Shown: piece by piece, positions 26,985 to 39,367 of the stretch
How the letters are laid out: every line of letters begins with the position of its first letter
Position numbering within the stretch: position 1 is the first letter of the stretch
NCBI RefSeq assembly: GCF_037042905.1
Contig: NC_087245.1
Location: forward strand, 20,028,001-20,092,000
Source: Lytechinus pictus
Taxonomy: Eukaryota
Reading direction: 5' to 3'
DNA: 64,000 nt
Translations under genes and position numbers: made by a program
The notes under the pieces: model-generated
What the model saw: the letters and a program-made list of their open reading frames with translations, nothing else
Told to the model about the DNA's origin: nothing
The model's database searches: none

Positions 26985-27515
26985 CAGTGCGTCCCAGAAA
27001 AAAGGAAACCAGGATTCCCATATATTTTTCCTTCACAGACAAATTAATTATGATATATCATTCATATCATCATACAATTCAATTATTCCTCTACATATTG
27101 ATGCCTATTATGTGACGAACACTTCACGCATTAATGAGCAAGACAATTTCGAATTCTTATATCAAAATCAGGTTGCGCAGAAAAATTGGAAAAGATTGGT
27201 TTGTGCTACGAAAAACATGCTTATTTGACAATTTGCTCATTAGCATTTCTTTTGTATTCTCTGTGAAGTTTCTCTCACTGAACGAGAGTGGATTCAGATT
27301 CATACATAAATTCCTGCGCAAAACGTTTCTGATGATAGGTCTCAATATTTATTGTTTGTAACCTGCCATGCGTGAATGATTTGCTAAGCTGTTGGTCTCA
27401 TATTAAAGATAAGATTCCATGTTTATCATAAGTATCATATTCATATCAAGAACATGTTTAATAATTGTGAAATCTAATTCTGAAAACGGGTTTCTTTTTT
27501 TTTGGGGACGCACTA
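26985..27515. mobile_element. Tc1/mariner-like MITE
   Basis: ta|cagtgcgtcccagaaaaaaggaaacc ... ggtttctttttttttggggacgcacta|ca; CAGTG-type terminus with TA target (right side mutated). Confidence 0.8.
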
Positions 27516-28760
27516 CATACATCAGTCCCCTGCTCCCACCAATCCATCTCCCCGCTTTTTGTACACCGTTGTTTTTTTTTCATGAAATTATTTTTTCCGT
27601 CTGATAAAAAAATTTAAAAAAAATGTTCCAAGCAATAAATTGATTTGGATATACATGTAAATGTGGAGGAGAAAAAAAAGGCAATTTTTAAACGTGTTTT
27701 TCATTACATACTAGATTTAATTACTTAAATCATACCACAATTAAATGCAACTGGTTAATTATATCAAACCACAAATCTCTCATTTTCATGGTCAAAATTT
27801 TACATTTCTATGTTCTTGTTTAAAGAATTCTTTGTCCCAGCATTATTTTATTGTCTCTCTGTGTCTCTCTTTCTCTCGCTAATACAATTATGTGTCTCCT
27901 TCTCTACCTATCAACATATCATGCCACTAAACTTCTCCCTTTAAAAATATATATCTTGACTTTTATTTGCAAAGAAATGTCAACAGGGAAAAGAGTGCAT
28001 CAACTTTTAAAAACTGCACAACTGCATTCACACCTCGACTGAGAGATCGCAAAAACATTTCCAATATTATTTGCATATTTTTCCTGCCGCTCGACCAGCT
28101 TCACACCTTTGATCGGCTAAAAATAAAATTTATTTTTTAATGCTTGTTTGACTGGTGGGTAGAGAAGTGTAAAAGGGAAATGCATAGATATGCAGGAAAA
28201 ACATGGATTGGTAAGACTTGTCTCCAGACTTTTCTTATTAGTGCATCTCCCTCACTTTCTTCCTTCATCTCTTTCTCTTTCTCATTCTTTTTATGCCCTT
28301 TCTTTCTCTCTCTCCACCTCAGTCTGTAGCAATTTTCTTTCACTCGTTCTCATTCTTTTCCTCCCTGATCCCTTCCGCTTTCCTGTCTCTCCAAATGCTA
28401 TATCTTACTCCAATATTTTACCTATCATCTTAACTCTCCATCAACATATGGCCTACCTCATTCTTACCCTCTTCCCTAAATCCAAGACCCTCTTCTCAAA
28501 CTCACATCTTCCATACCAGTCACTCCATTACTTTCCTTCTGTATCACCCCCCCCCCCTCCCCCTCCTCAATCCATTTTAAAAAGCTCTTCAACCCATTCA
28601 TCCCAGATACATTTATGCAAATTTTCTCATCACTGAAAACACCCCTGTAAAGCAGAAGCAGGAGAATCTCTCTCAAATCATATTTGTTGATTGCGAGAGG
28701 CACTGATGAAACAGACCAAGAGAACCCAACCTGTAACATTATCACTGGTAATGGTTTTGC

Positions 28761-29000
28761 CTGGGGTGGCAACATACATTCGCAATCATTTTCAGGTTTC
28801 CCCCTTTTCTGGGGTGGCATCATACATTCGCAATCATTTTCAGGTTTCCCCCTTTTCTGGGGTGGCAACATACGTTCGCAATCATTTTCAGGTTTCCCCC
28901 TTTTCTGGGGTGGCAATATACATTCGCAATCATTTTCAGGTTTCCCCTTTTCTGGGGTGGCAACATACACTCGCAATCATTTTCAGGTTTTCCCCTTTTC
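28761..29000. repeat. 48-bp minisatellite, 5 near-identical copies
   Basis: ctggggtggcaacatacattcgcaatcattttcaggtttccccctttt starting at 28761, 28809, 28857, 28905 and 28952. Confidence 0.95.
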
Positions 29001-30978
29001 TAACGGGGCTCAATGTTCAGAAAACTTAGGGCTCCAAAATAATGAGTTGTTTCATTACTATTCTGTAGCTGCTAGACATGATCTATTACAACCCATTTAC
29101 GGTATTGAAGTCTACAATGGTTTGAACCAATCAATAGAATGTGAGAGAGAGAGAGGGAAAGAAAAAGAAAATTCCTGCCAGTCTGTATGGAGGCACATTT
29201 TCATTGAATGGGGCAAAGATAAAATATATGCATTCACAACTTCTCATGTTGATCTTATAGTATTTACTCTTGACACAATATCCTACATGTACATCCGAGA
29301 CTCCTAGTTGGGAATAGAACCAATTCAAAGTGTACATATGACATAGTAACTATACCATAATACCATAATTATTGAAAATTGAAATAATTATTGCAATTAA
29401 ACAAATATCCCCTTGACCAAACCGATCATTTTAATATTGAAAAGGCAATTGCAGAGTAATGATGGAGATGAATGTATGTCATTTAATGATTAAACTATCT
29501 TCAGAGTCAAGACACATTTACCCCTTAAATCCCAATACTGGCACAAAATCTATACATCGTTCACTTAACCATAACCATAACACTAAAATATGAGAGCTGA
29601 TGGTCAACTCTGTACCGTATACCAAACACTGGGATCCACCTCAAAGCAGATGAATGCAGTAAACCATGGTCTTAAAGGGGTTTTACAAAGTTACAGTACA
29701 TCTTTTATAACTTTACTCCTTGAAAGGTACAAAGTGTCAACTTTGAAATGTGCCCCAGTGTATACACTGACATGGCAAACAAAAATAAACAAGAAGACTA
29801 ACACCACATTTATCTGAAACATTAAATACTTCAATCCACATCTTTTAAATTTTGCTTTAAAAACATAACTGAAGCTAAATGATAATTCAATTACCAAACA
29901 ACTTGAAATAAATAAAATTTGGGGCAGTTGTTGCAGGCATTGTGTAACCAGTATAAAATTAACGTTTTTTTTTTTTTCAATGTTGATAGATAATGCAATT
30001 TATATAATATATTGTGGTATCATTCTACTATTCAAATATAATTATCTCTCATCAACAGTAGACTATTTCATTTTCTTTTTCATTTTTAGGGAAACATTGC
30101 TTATATATTACATGAAAATAAAAAAAAAGATTATCTATGTCTACTCCTCAATGCCTATGGATTTACGACACATGAAATTATGACACATAACAGTTTTCGG
30201 GAGGAAGTTCAAAATACATAACTAGACAGATTGGACTTTGTAAGAAGACTTGCTGAATGCATTTATCAATATAATAACTACAGCAGAATCACTGCATTAA
30301 CATGTTTCTTTCATTGCAGTATGATTCATTTCAGAGTCTACGCCAGCTACGATGATGACCTTGCTCGACGCAGGTGTATCTGTCTCAGTCTTGTGTCATT
30401 TTGTGACACGTTTCTCGCTTTTCAGCACTGAAAATAAAGTGCATTGGGCAGCATCCAGATAAAAGCCAGTTAGACGCAGTCCGGTTGTTAACCCTAAGCA
30501 CATTTCACGGATATCACCGAACATTTCTAGCGGAAACTGAAAATATCTTTCAGCTGTATCTTTGTTAATGTTCAACTATTTTCTTTTTCTCCCTCTCACT
30601 CATTTTCTCTTTCCAATCCAATGTTATTGATTGTGTGCTATCTCTGAAAAAGAGTTATGACAACATGGTAAGCACTGATTGAAAAGAAAAACGTTTGTGT
30701 CACTGTACTATCTTTTGTTGCAAGCAAAATAAATGCTAAATTGATGTTTATAATTGAGACATGGTTGATTCCTGCCTCTCTCTCGTTCTGTTGCATGGTG
30801 AAATCCCGCTGCGAAGCTTCCATCACTCCAGCTGTGAAAGACCCTTTGATTAGCACATTTGGAAATTGGTTGCTTTTTCTGCAGTGTGAGGTATTGTTCT
30901 TTGCAGACGAAATCGCACTTCTACGGCACATGAATGTATAAAGGCGTGCTGCTGAGCTATTGTCTACTGACAGCTTAC

Positions 30979-31015
30979 TCCCCGTAAGATTTGACAGGAT
31001 GTTTTTCACTAAGAA
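30979..31015 (-). other. Candidate microexon with tandem acceptors (37 nt or 30 nt)
   Basis: ~103-nt AG-free polypyrimidine tract with TGC near its end, tctttag|TTCTTAG|TGAAAAACATCCTGTCAAATCTTACGGGGA|gtaagc. Confidence 0.45.
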
Positions 31016-34000
31016 CTAAAGAACAGAAAAGCAAGAGCCAGGGAGAGGATGATACGAAAGGAAAGAGGAGGAGGAGGAAGGGAGGAGAATAGATTTGAAA
31101 AGCAATGAAAAGAATAAACACTTGAAAATCAGAATCGCAATTATGGCCAGCAGTAGGAGAGCGTTCACGATTACACCACGGATCATTGACTAGGTACTTT
31201 TTTTCCACTATGCCATTCTATCATGTGAAGGAGACCAAAATCATGCTTTTGTGATGGCAAGTTCTCGAGCAAGCATCCATTATTCACCTGATTTCTTGTA
31301 GATTCTGCAAGCTGAGTGATCACATCTAGGGGAAGGGGGGTGGGAGTCACCATCAGATAAAGTTTTCTCTCAAAATCAAATCAAGTGTTCTGATAGCGGC
31401 AAATCTAAACCCAACAAATAAAAGTACAAATTGCCCCTTTTCCATATCGCCACATGACCACCCACAAGCCCCCTCCCCTCCCCCCCCCCACACATGCACA
31501 TGCTTCAATTTTTTCAGTCACCATGTTCAAGAAGCAGCGCCATCCAATGGAGCTGCCTAACATTTGGCTTTGGAGATGGGGGGCCCCTTCTATGCTAATC
31601 ATCTAGATATTTGTACACACATTTGACAAGGGTCCATTCCTGGTATTGTGGAGAAAATAGACTATTTTCCATCACTATCCTCCGTGCCCTTTTTTGTTTG
31701 CTACCGACTATTGCACTTTAAAAGTAAACACAATAACCCTCTATTTTGCTACCCCTATTTTCATTTCTATGCATCCTCAATCAAAGACATTTTTTCCCCC
31801 TCGATGGCTGGCATTGCTAAACATTCACGAATCAGTCGTCACCGGTGCAGTGTGTGGTTTATATGTATGAATGCAAGCCTGCTCTGTATGAGGCAAGCAG
31901 TTCGCGTCATGCGACTCGGCTGCTGCTGCTGCGCTGCATGGAAGTGGGTCTGTACCAAATATATGTAGGTAACTCAAGGCCATGTTGAATAGATAATGAA
32001 ATGATGCTCGTGATCTCTCCGCATACAGTTTGAACAATGTGGCAGATGCACTCCCTCAATGCAAGATGTGTGTATATGTCTTCCTTGTGACTGTCATGGA
32101 TGAATTGTATAAATGGCGAGGTGATGTCATGAATACATTAATCATTGTTGAATGTTGGTAAACTATTCAGTTAATACACAACTGTTGATCAATGCTGAAT
32201 AAAATTGGTCTTTCTTCAGAAAAAATAAGATTAAAACTGAAATCTTAATAAATCTTCAAATGACATATGACATCAGATGTACATGATATAAAAATACATA
32301 AGTGAAACCTCATTTCAATACTACAAATTATTTTCAAATCACGGTTGGTTTTGGGGGGGAGGGGGGGGGAATAAACCAATGTCAAAATCCTACTAATTCT
32401 GTATTTGTTTAAGATAAGATTTAAAGTTTGATGCTTGATTGATCTTTCTTTGGTTATTAAATTCAACTTTATTGGAATGGACTTTGCCTTTAAAGTCAAA
32501 TTAATAGTGACACTGACCTGATTTATCAAGCAGTGTGTAAAATTGGATATCATCATCATCATTGTATTGTAATAATCAGCTTTTTCATGTTCATAAGCAC
32601 TTCCATGCTAATTATGCAACATGAACTTAGAAGAGCAAAAAAATTTCAAATCTCATGATTCAGACACAGAGATAGTTGGTACAGGATAATAAATGATACA
32701 ATATATGATATAACACAAATCAAAGGAGAGGGGGAGGAGAAAGAAAAAGACTGTTGCTTTAAGGAAATTACCATTCCCTATCAATCACCACTGACGTACA
32801 GAATACATTGTAGCATATCATTGACGGGAACATTCTATTTACATTAGGCATTCAATACATCATAGTGTACATATTTGGGAAGTTATCTATATACACATGC
32901 TTTAATTAATTGGCAGTTTGGATTGATTGGAGAATGATTGGCAGCTGAACCGATAACCCTACCCGTCCATCTCATCAAGATTTAAGATCTACAGAATTAA
33001 TTGTCCTTTTTCAGTTTTTGAATATATATGATATCACGTAATGAAAAAAAAAATTGCTGGAAGGTTAAGTTTTTATACACAAAGCGCTTTCCCCCTTGTT
33101 CTTGACATGGAATGAAATAAAAACACACACCTGTTCAAAGGTCTCCATATCTGTACTTTTGAAATCTAGTCTTCAGTCATAAATATACCCAAAAATAAAC
33201 AGACAATCATACATATATAAACTGCTATTCATCATATAGGAAACATAATATCCTATCAATGCCACAAATTTCCTGACAATAATGTCATACATCATCCGAT
33301 CACGGCAGGGCGTATTTGTCATATAAGCTCCGTCATGTCATGAGAAGTTTGCCCCCGATCGGCAAATGTTGATTATAGACATACATATTAAACGAAGGTG
33401 TCCCGATTGGCACCCTCATCATAACACCCATTGTGAGGGTCCAACGGGGGAACAGCCAGCTATCTGGTTATATGCTTCAACGGTATTTGGTCTAAATAAT
33501 CACTCCATGTTTGATCTCGGTAGGCAGGAACACAGAAGCTAGGTTCGGAAAAAGGAAATGGATTCAGGAATAGGCAAATAGTACGACTGGATTGTGTTTG
33601 ACATGGTTAGAAAGTACACTGGTAGGATGACAAAAGAGCATGAAGAGGTATACGAGAAACTCATTTCAACCCCCACCTTACCCCCCCCCCCCCTCTTCCT
33701 CCTTTGACTCTCCAGCAGTAATACTGCACCCCTCTACACCCCCAACCCCAGCCAATTTTGAAGAACTCTGAGCTCTCAAATGTCACTGCCACATTACTTC
33801 AATATATTTGTCAGATTAAGTGGACAGGATTCTTCATTTAAAAAAAAAATAAAACTTCACATTAGATGCTTGTCAATTTTTTTCCCCATAAACCTAATGA
33901 TATAGAATTAGAAATGATCAGGGCAAATATAAGGTGTCCATCATAAAAACCGGTCAGAAAAAGTGAAATTTCTATTTTTCAATGCTTTCGATGCTGTCAC

Positions 34001-35098
34001 ATCATATGAAATGATTTTGTGGTTTGACGAAGATCTCTGGCAGAGAAAAAAAATCAACCCATTTTTAAAAATCTTGTTCATTAAAAACGTTGGATTTTAC
34101 CAAGGTTCTTAAAATGGATGTATGTCAACATATTCTGAACCTATGAATATTATTTAGCTGTCAGCTTTTCAGTCCGATTGATTTTTCCTCTCTTTTCATG
34201 ATTAAAATCAACAAAAATTCATTCATTCGTGAAGTGACAGAAAATGGACAGAGTAAAATTTACACACGAGGAAAGACATAGGGGAATTTATTATCCATAT
34301 AAATTTGAAAGATTGGAAATCTTTCCTACTTATCTTTATCTGGAATAGTACAAATAAGCAGACAGGGATCACGTATAAGATAAACCCTTCTCTGCGTTTT
34401 CTTTACAAATATCTCAAATTGCACATTAACTCCTGATCATAGATTTATCGAATCTGGGGGCGTTTTCTCAAGCTGTGCACGTTATGAACTATATGTGAAT
34501 AACAGGAATATTACACCATAATGGGAAGCTGACATTTTAACTGTTTGATTATACGTACCTTCACTTAAAAGAAAAATTGTAAGAAAAAAAATCCAACATT
34601 TTGTGATTGAAAACAGCTATTATTTGTTTCAGTTTCTTTTGATTCAATTTTACTCTTAATGATTTTCTGAAATATAAATATTTAAGGCGTGAAACTGTAC
34701 ATTCATGAACTCGTTATTGATTATTCAAATTCAAATGAACTATAAAAAATATTGAAATATCTGTTTTTGCTAGTTTTGCCTCTTGATCAATTAACTAAAA
34801 TTCACTTCATACATGATCAAAAATACTGGTCAAAATAATTTCACATGTGATTGAAATGCATATTTTATCCTGGGAGCATCCCTTCAAAATGACTGAAGGA
34901 TTGCCTAAACTTTGACAGCTGACATGTATATATTCTATTAAAAATAAGACAAATGACACGAGTGGAATATCATGTGATTTGGACAAGATGATACTATTTT
35001 TAATCAATTTTATGCTCACTATCCTTTGGCTAACACTGCTAATTTTAACATTTAATAATCATTTTAAGTTAAGTTATTCACAAATTAATTTAATTTAA

Positions 35099-35123
35099 TT
35101 ATATATATATATATATATATATA
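35099..35123. repeat. (AT)n microsatellite
   Basis: atatatatat atatatatat ata. Confidence 0.9.
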
Positions 35124-35158
35124 GGCATACATCCTACGTAAGGGTGAAGTCTATGAAT

Positions 35159-37150
35159 GGGTTTATTCCGTTATAATACACAATTAGACGTTAAGTCAAA
35201 GGTAGAGGGCGTTAAGGCGCATTGCGAACATTGAAAGAAGACAAAAAATTTGCCTTAACTGCAGAAAGATTATACATATATATATCAAACAAGCATAATA
35301 AATGTCATAGGGTGATCATACATTTTAACTCATGAATTGGTGTTTTCACACCGTTATCAAATTCAAAGAGTCTAAACTACTGTACATGAATTGAATGAGA
35401 AATAATGATAAGTATGAAAGACAATACTCATTTACGTTGAAGAAATCCTCATAAAAAAGAAGGGAAATTACCTTTTTCCTTTTTATGTGTGTAATAGATA
35501 CTTTCCAAAAATTTGCTGATGGGCAATTCCACAGGTTGATGGACATGAGCTTAAAAATTCAAATTCAATATTTTCTTGAATTTTTTAATACTTTAAGTCC
35601 TTCATGCTTGATAGTTTCAGGAACAAGAAATAAAAAGTTTATTTTCATATGTATACTTTAGAAAAAAATGGTCAAAAGTTGTGTCTTCCATTCTGTACCA
35701 AAATACAAGAAAAATAGTGAAAAATGAAATATGCCTTATTACCATTTTGTTATTGCAACAACATACCACTTTATATATTTCTGAAGTTTAGAAGAGTCAA
35801 ATTACCTAAAATACACAACAGCTTTTCAAGTAAATTTGTAGTACTCATTAAAAAATGAATATTGCAACTTGCTCAGGTGATGTAACGTGAGTAACCGAAA
35901 AAACTGACTTTGTTTTCTGAGAGAAAAATTCTTCACAGTTAATTGGTGGGATTTTAAATTCTCTTCCTTCAAACAATCTTTGACACAGTGATGACTAACA
36001 AAATCATTAAAAAGTACAATTTTTTATAAAAATGATGAAGAAAAACTGTAACGTGAGTAACTTTGTAACGTGAGTAACCATCATGTAATGTGAGTAACCT
36101 GTAAAAATTATGCAGTTAGGTAACATTTTCTGTGGGATGTCAAGTTTTAAGTCTCATGGTGAGTTGTGAAGTTATTTTTGATTAATTAAAAGCAAAATGA
36201 GGGTACACCTCTTTGATGTGACTCTTTGTTCATCAAAATATCAGTGGTCATACAATCACACAAAAAATTGAATATTAGTAGAAGTATTCACAATGCGAGA
36301 GTGCATTAGTAAGACTTGGTTTCAATTAACCAAACTTTAAAGAGTGTTCGAACAACACATTGAATGTCCTTACCTGTAACCCTATCTAGGCTGGGGTATT
36401 TTGGGAGTTAATATGGCCCAAGGGGGGGGGGCCTCCTAGGCCCCCCTTGAGATCTCGGCCTTTGGCCGCCCGATCACGCCGAAAATTTGCACGCAGGTTG
36501 TCTTGGACATAATCTACAATACTATCAGTAATTTATTTCATGCAAATTGGTATTAAGCAATTATGCTAATTTATGCATAATTAGTAAGCAAAATCATACT
36601 TTTCCCTCTTACTCCCTAATAAAGCTCCAATTGTTCCAATTTTTTGTATAAAATCTCTTTTTGATGTTCCTAGCAATGAATTTTACACACATTATTGAAT
36701 TTTTAATGACATTTGTGTTGTTAACCATACATGGACAAAATGTAATGTGAGTAACCGTAATGTGAGTAACCATATTATCTGCACCCCAAGTAAAAACCAT
36801 GTGTTCTTTATTTTTTTAATTATGTACAAAGTTTGTCTCCCTAATATACTTCTTTGAAATGGATATAATCAACTTTCATAAAAGCCTTGTATGAGGAGAC
36901 TTTTCACTTATGTCGACTTTTCATTTTATGCATGTCCAAATCATGTAACGTGAGTAACCGACACATTCCAAAGATTTGCCAGGAGCATAATAAAATTTCC
37001 CAAGTTTTGTTTTTATACAAAGGATAGTCAGACTGTGTACTTTGTTGTGATAAAGAGATGTTTAGTTCCTATCAATAATAATGGAGTTACAGCTCCAAGT
37101 ATGAGTCAAGGTGTCTCCAAATGTAACGTGAGTAACCGTGGAATAGCCCC
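35159..37150. mobile_element. ~2-kb non-autonomous DNA transposon with dispersed 16-bp internal repeats
   Basis: Imperfect TIR GGGTTTATTCC / GGAATAGCCCC; tgtaa(c/t)gtgagtaacc at about 35881, 36047, 36064, 36084, 36741, 36756, 36944 and 37122, all in one orientation, the last abutting the right TIR. Confidence 0.65.
36380..36720. mobile_element. piggyBac-like non-autonomous fragment nested in the 35159-37150 element
   Basis: gtaa|ccctatctaggctgggg start, abrupt GC-rich segment, ttaa at 36721; no right AGGG terminus seen. Confidence 0.4.
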
Positions 37151-37550
37151 GATGGAATTCTCATAAGTCATATACAATAAATCATTCAGAGAGAAAAAAA
37201 GATAAAAATGCGATGCTAAAACCATTATTGTCTAACATGAGCCACGTTCCTTTTCACATTAGTCATATGCTCCTGTGAGCGGTAATCCTTCATTTTCCTG
37301 TCATAAACGGAGACAAATTTACCTCTATGAAGAGACAGATCATACTACATACGAGGGTCCTCCACGGGCACCTCATAAGGCAGGGGACTTTGGGGACCTA
37401 CCAAGTGTTTGATGTTTCACAACTCCTCACACACTCGGCAAACACTGGGCCTAACAATCACCAAAGCAGCCAGTGACGCCACCAAAAGATGGCATCACGG
37501 CTCTCTGGGCTCAGGGAGAGCTCGCACAGATCATCGAGCAGGAGACTTAC

Positions 37551-37742
37551 ACTAGTGAATGAGCAGTGAAAATCCAGCCAGCCCTTTCTCACTGACCAGG
37601 TTTCCCTTGGGGTCAATCTATTAGGTGATGAATTTTGTTGCCTCACTCTTTTGGGGGGCTTCCGAGTAGGGGACTCTTTAGGGGTAGGTGTAAGAGGGTT
37701 TTCTTTTGCTTTGGCTACTACTTGTGGCAAGGGGAAATCGTC
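37551..37742 (-). CDS. Candidate 192-nt phase 0-0 coding exon of an unidentified host gene
   Basis: ttccgcaatttcag|GAC...AGT|gtaagt; 64 codons open in one frame only: DDFPLPQVVAKAKENPLTPTPKESPTRKPPKRVRQQNSSPNRLTPRETWSVRKGWLDFHCSFTS; GC-richer than flanks. Confidence 0.55.
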
Positions 37743-38122
37743 CTGAAATTGCGGAACACTAGAAATCACTTAGGATGTGGTTTGGTGTTATTTAATTGGC
37801 TTTTCATTGAATGAATTTTCAAATGCGTAAGGCAACTAAATAAGGGGGGTGTGAAACTTTGACAATTCCATGGAATTCTTTAAAATGTTCATAAATGATT
37901 CCCCCTTAAAATTTGAACATATATTAAAAAAAAAAAAAAAAAAGATGCAATGCACACTATGTACCAAAATAACAGTAAACCACAAATAAACTAATGTGAA
38001 TTAGACGATAATTCCTTATCATCACCTATTAAAAAAAAACGTAATAGATCAAAATATATATTATACAACTCAAACTATCAGAGAGAAAGCAAACAACAAA
38101 GGCAATAAGTAAAAATGTTTAA

Positions 38123-38725
38123 AGGTCAAGTCCACCCCAGCTAAATATTGATATGAATAAGTAAAGAAAAATCAAACTAGCATAACACCGAAAATTTCAT
38201 CAAAATCGGGTGTAAAATAAGAAAGTTATGGCATTTTAAAGTTTCGCTTATTTTTCACAAAACTGTGATATGCACAACTCAGAGACATGCAAATGAGTCA
38301 TGCGATGATGTCCATCACTCACTATTTCTTTTGTTTTTTATTGTTTGAATTATACAATATTTCATTTTTTACAGATTTGACCATAGGGACCGACTTGACT
38401 GAACCATATAGTAATAAACAATGCTAATTCCACATGTTCAGGGAGGAATTAATCACTGTTTCACTTGACAATGAGGAGAAAATTAGAATATTTCACATCT
38501 CATATAATAAAATACAAAAGAAATTGTGAGTGAATGACGTCATCAGTCTTCTCATTTGCATACCGACCAGGATGTGCATATAACTGTTTTGTGAAATTAA
38601 GCGAAACTTTAAAATGTCATAACTTTCTTATTTTACATCCGATTTTGATGAAATTTGCAGTGTTATGCTTGTTGGATTTTTCTCTTTTTATTCAAATCAA
38701 GTTTTCGTCGGGGTGGACTTGTCCT
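38123..38725. mobile_element. Kolobok-like non-autonomous DNA transposon
   Basis: TTAA|aggtcaagtccacccc ... ggggtggacttgtcct|TTAA; long subterminal inverted similarity (ttcatcaaaatcgg / ccgattttgatgaa). Confidence 0.9.
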
Positions 38726-39279
38726 TTAAGTCTTAATATAGGAGATGTGTTAAAGAATCTAATAGTGTACTCAACAATGAATATTGAACAAAAAGCTGCA
38801 TGCAATTCTACTCAATACTTTTTTCGCTATAAAATTAGAAATGCACTTCAGAAAATAAGCTCTTTTATATGATAACACTGCAAATGCAATAACTTGTTAT
38901 CAATCTCAAATATCATAATGAATACAACAGTTTGTGGTTTATAAAGTGGATAGAAGCATATTTTATCTCCCCAATAGAGTGGCAAATTTCCTCAGTCCCA
39001 TATGTCCCTTTTAATGTCTGGTGAAATATTTCATTCCAATATGATACCCTTATTTTTTGACTCCTCAATGGGCTGTTGAGATTCAAGTGGCAAAAAGGAG
39101 CCCCTTGTGTTTGCAAATTAATGTGAAACATACGAGATAGGTGCAGATTCTGGTTGACGCAAATATGGGGTTTCCCCCAATACAAAAAGCTGACTGGGAT
39201 ACCACAAAGCAAGATGTGAAAATACTAATATAAACCATGTTTGAAATAAAATGAAAATTAGTAGGAAAAAAATCTGTTA

Positions 39280-39367
39280 ACTCACCTGAATAAGCAGAAG
39301 ATTGATGAATTAACCAAAGTAACATGGAAGAGAAAAGAAGTAAAATAAAAGAGAAATTATGCAAACA
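39280..39367 (-). other. Juxtaposed 3'/5' splice site (candidate recursive splice site)
   Basis: Minus strand ...TCAATCTTCTGCTTATTCAG|GTGAGT (AG 39287-39286, GT 39285-39284); ~80 nt upstream without AG, with a long pyrimidine tract. Confidence 0.5.

Noticed and set aside
28476..29307. 166-, 207- and 112-aa repeat-containing ORFs
   Set aside because: By-products of the 48-bp minisatellite, open on both strands, with no splice support
35881..37137. 16-bp repeats as a CRISPR array
   Set aside because: Irregular spacing (15 to over 600 bp) and located inside a TIR-bounded element
39083..39364. Signal-peptide-like ORF
   Set aside because: Starts at TTG; the hydrophobicity is just the translated polypyrimidine tract
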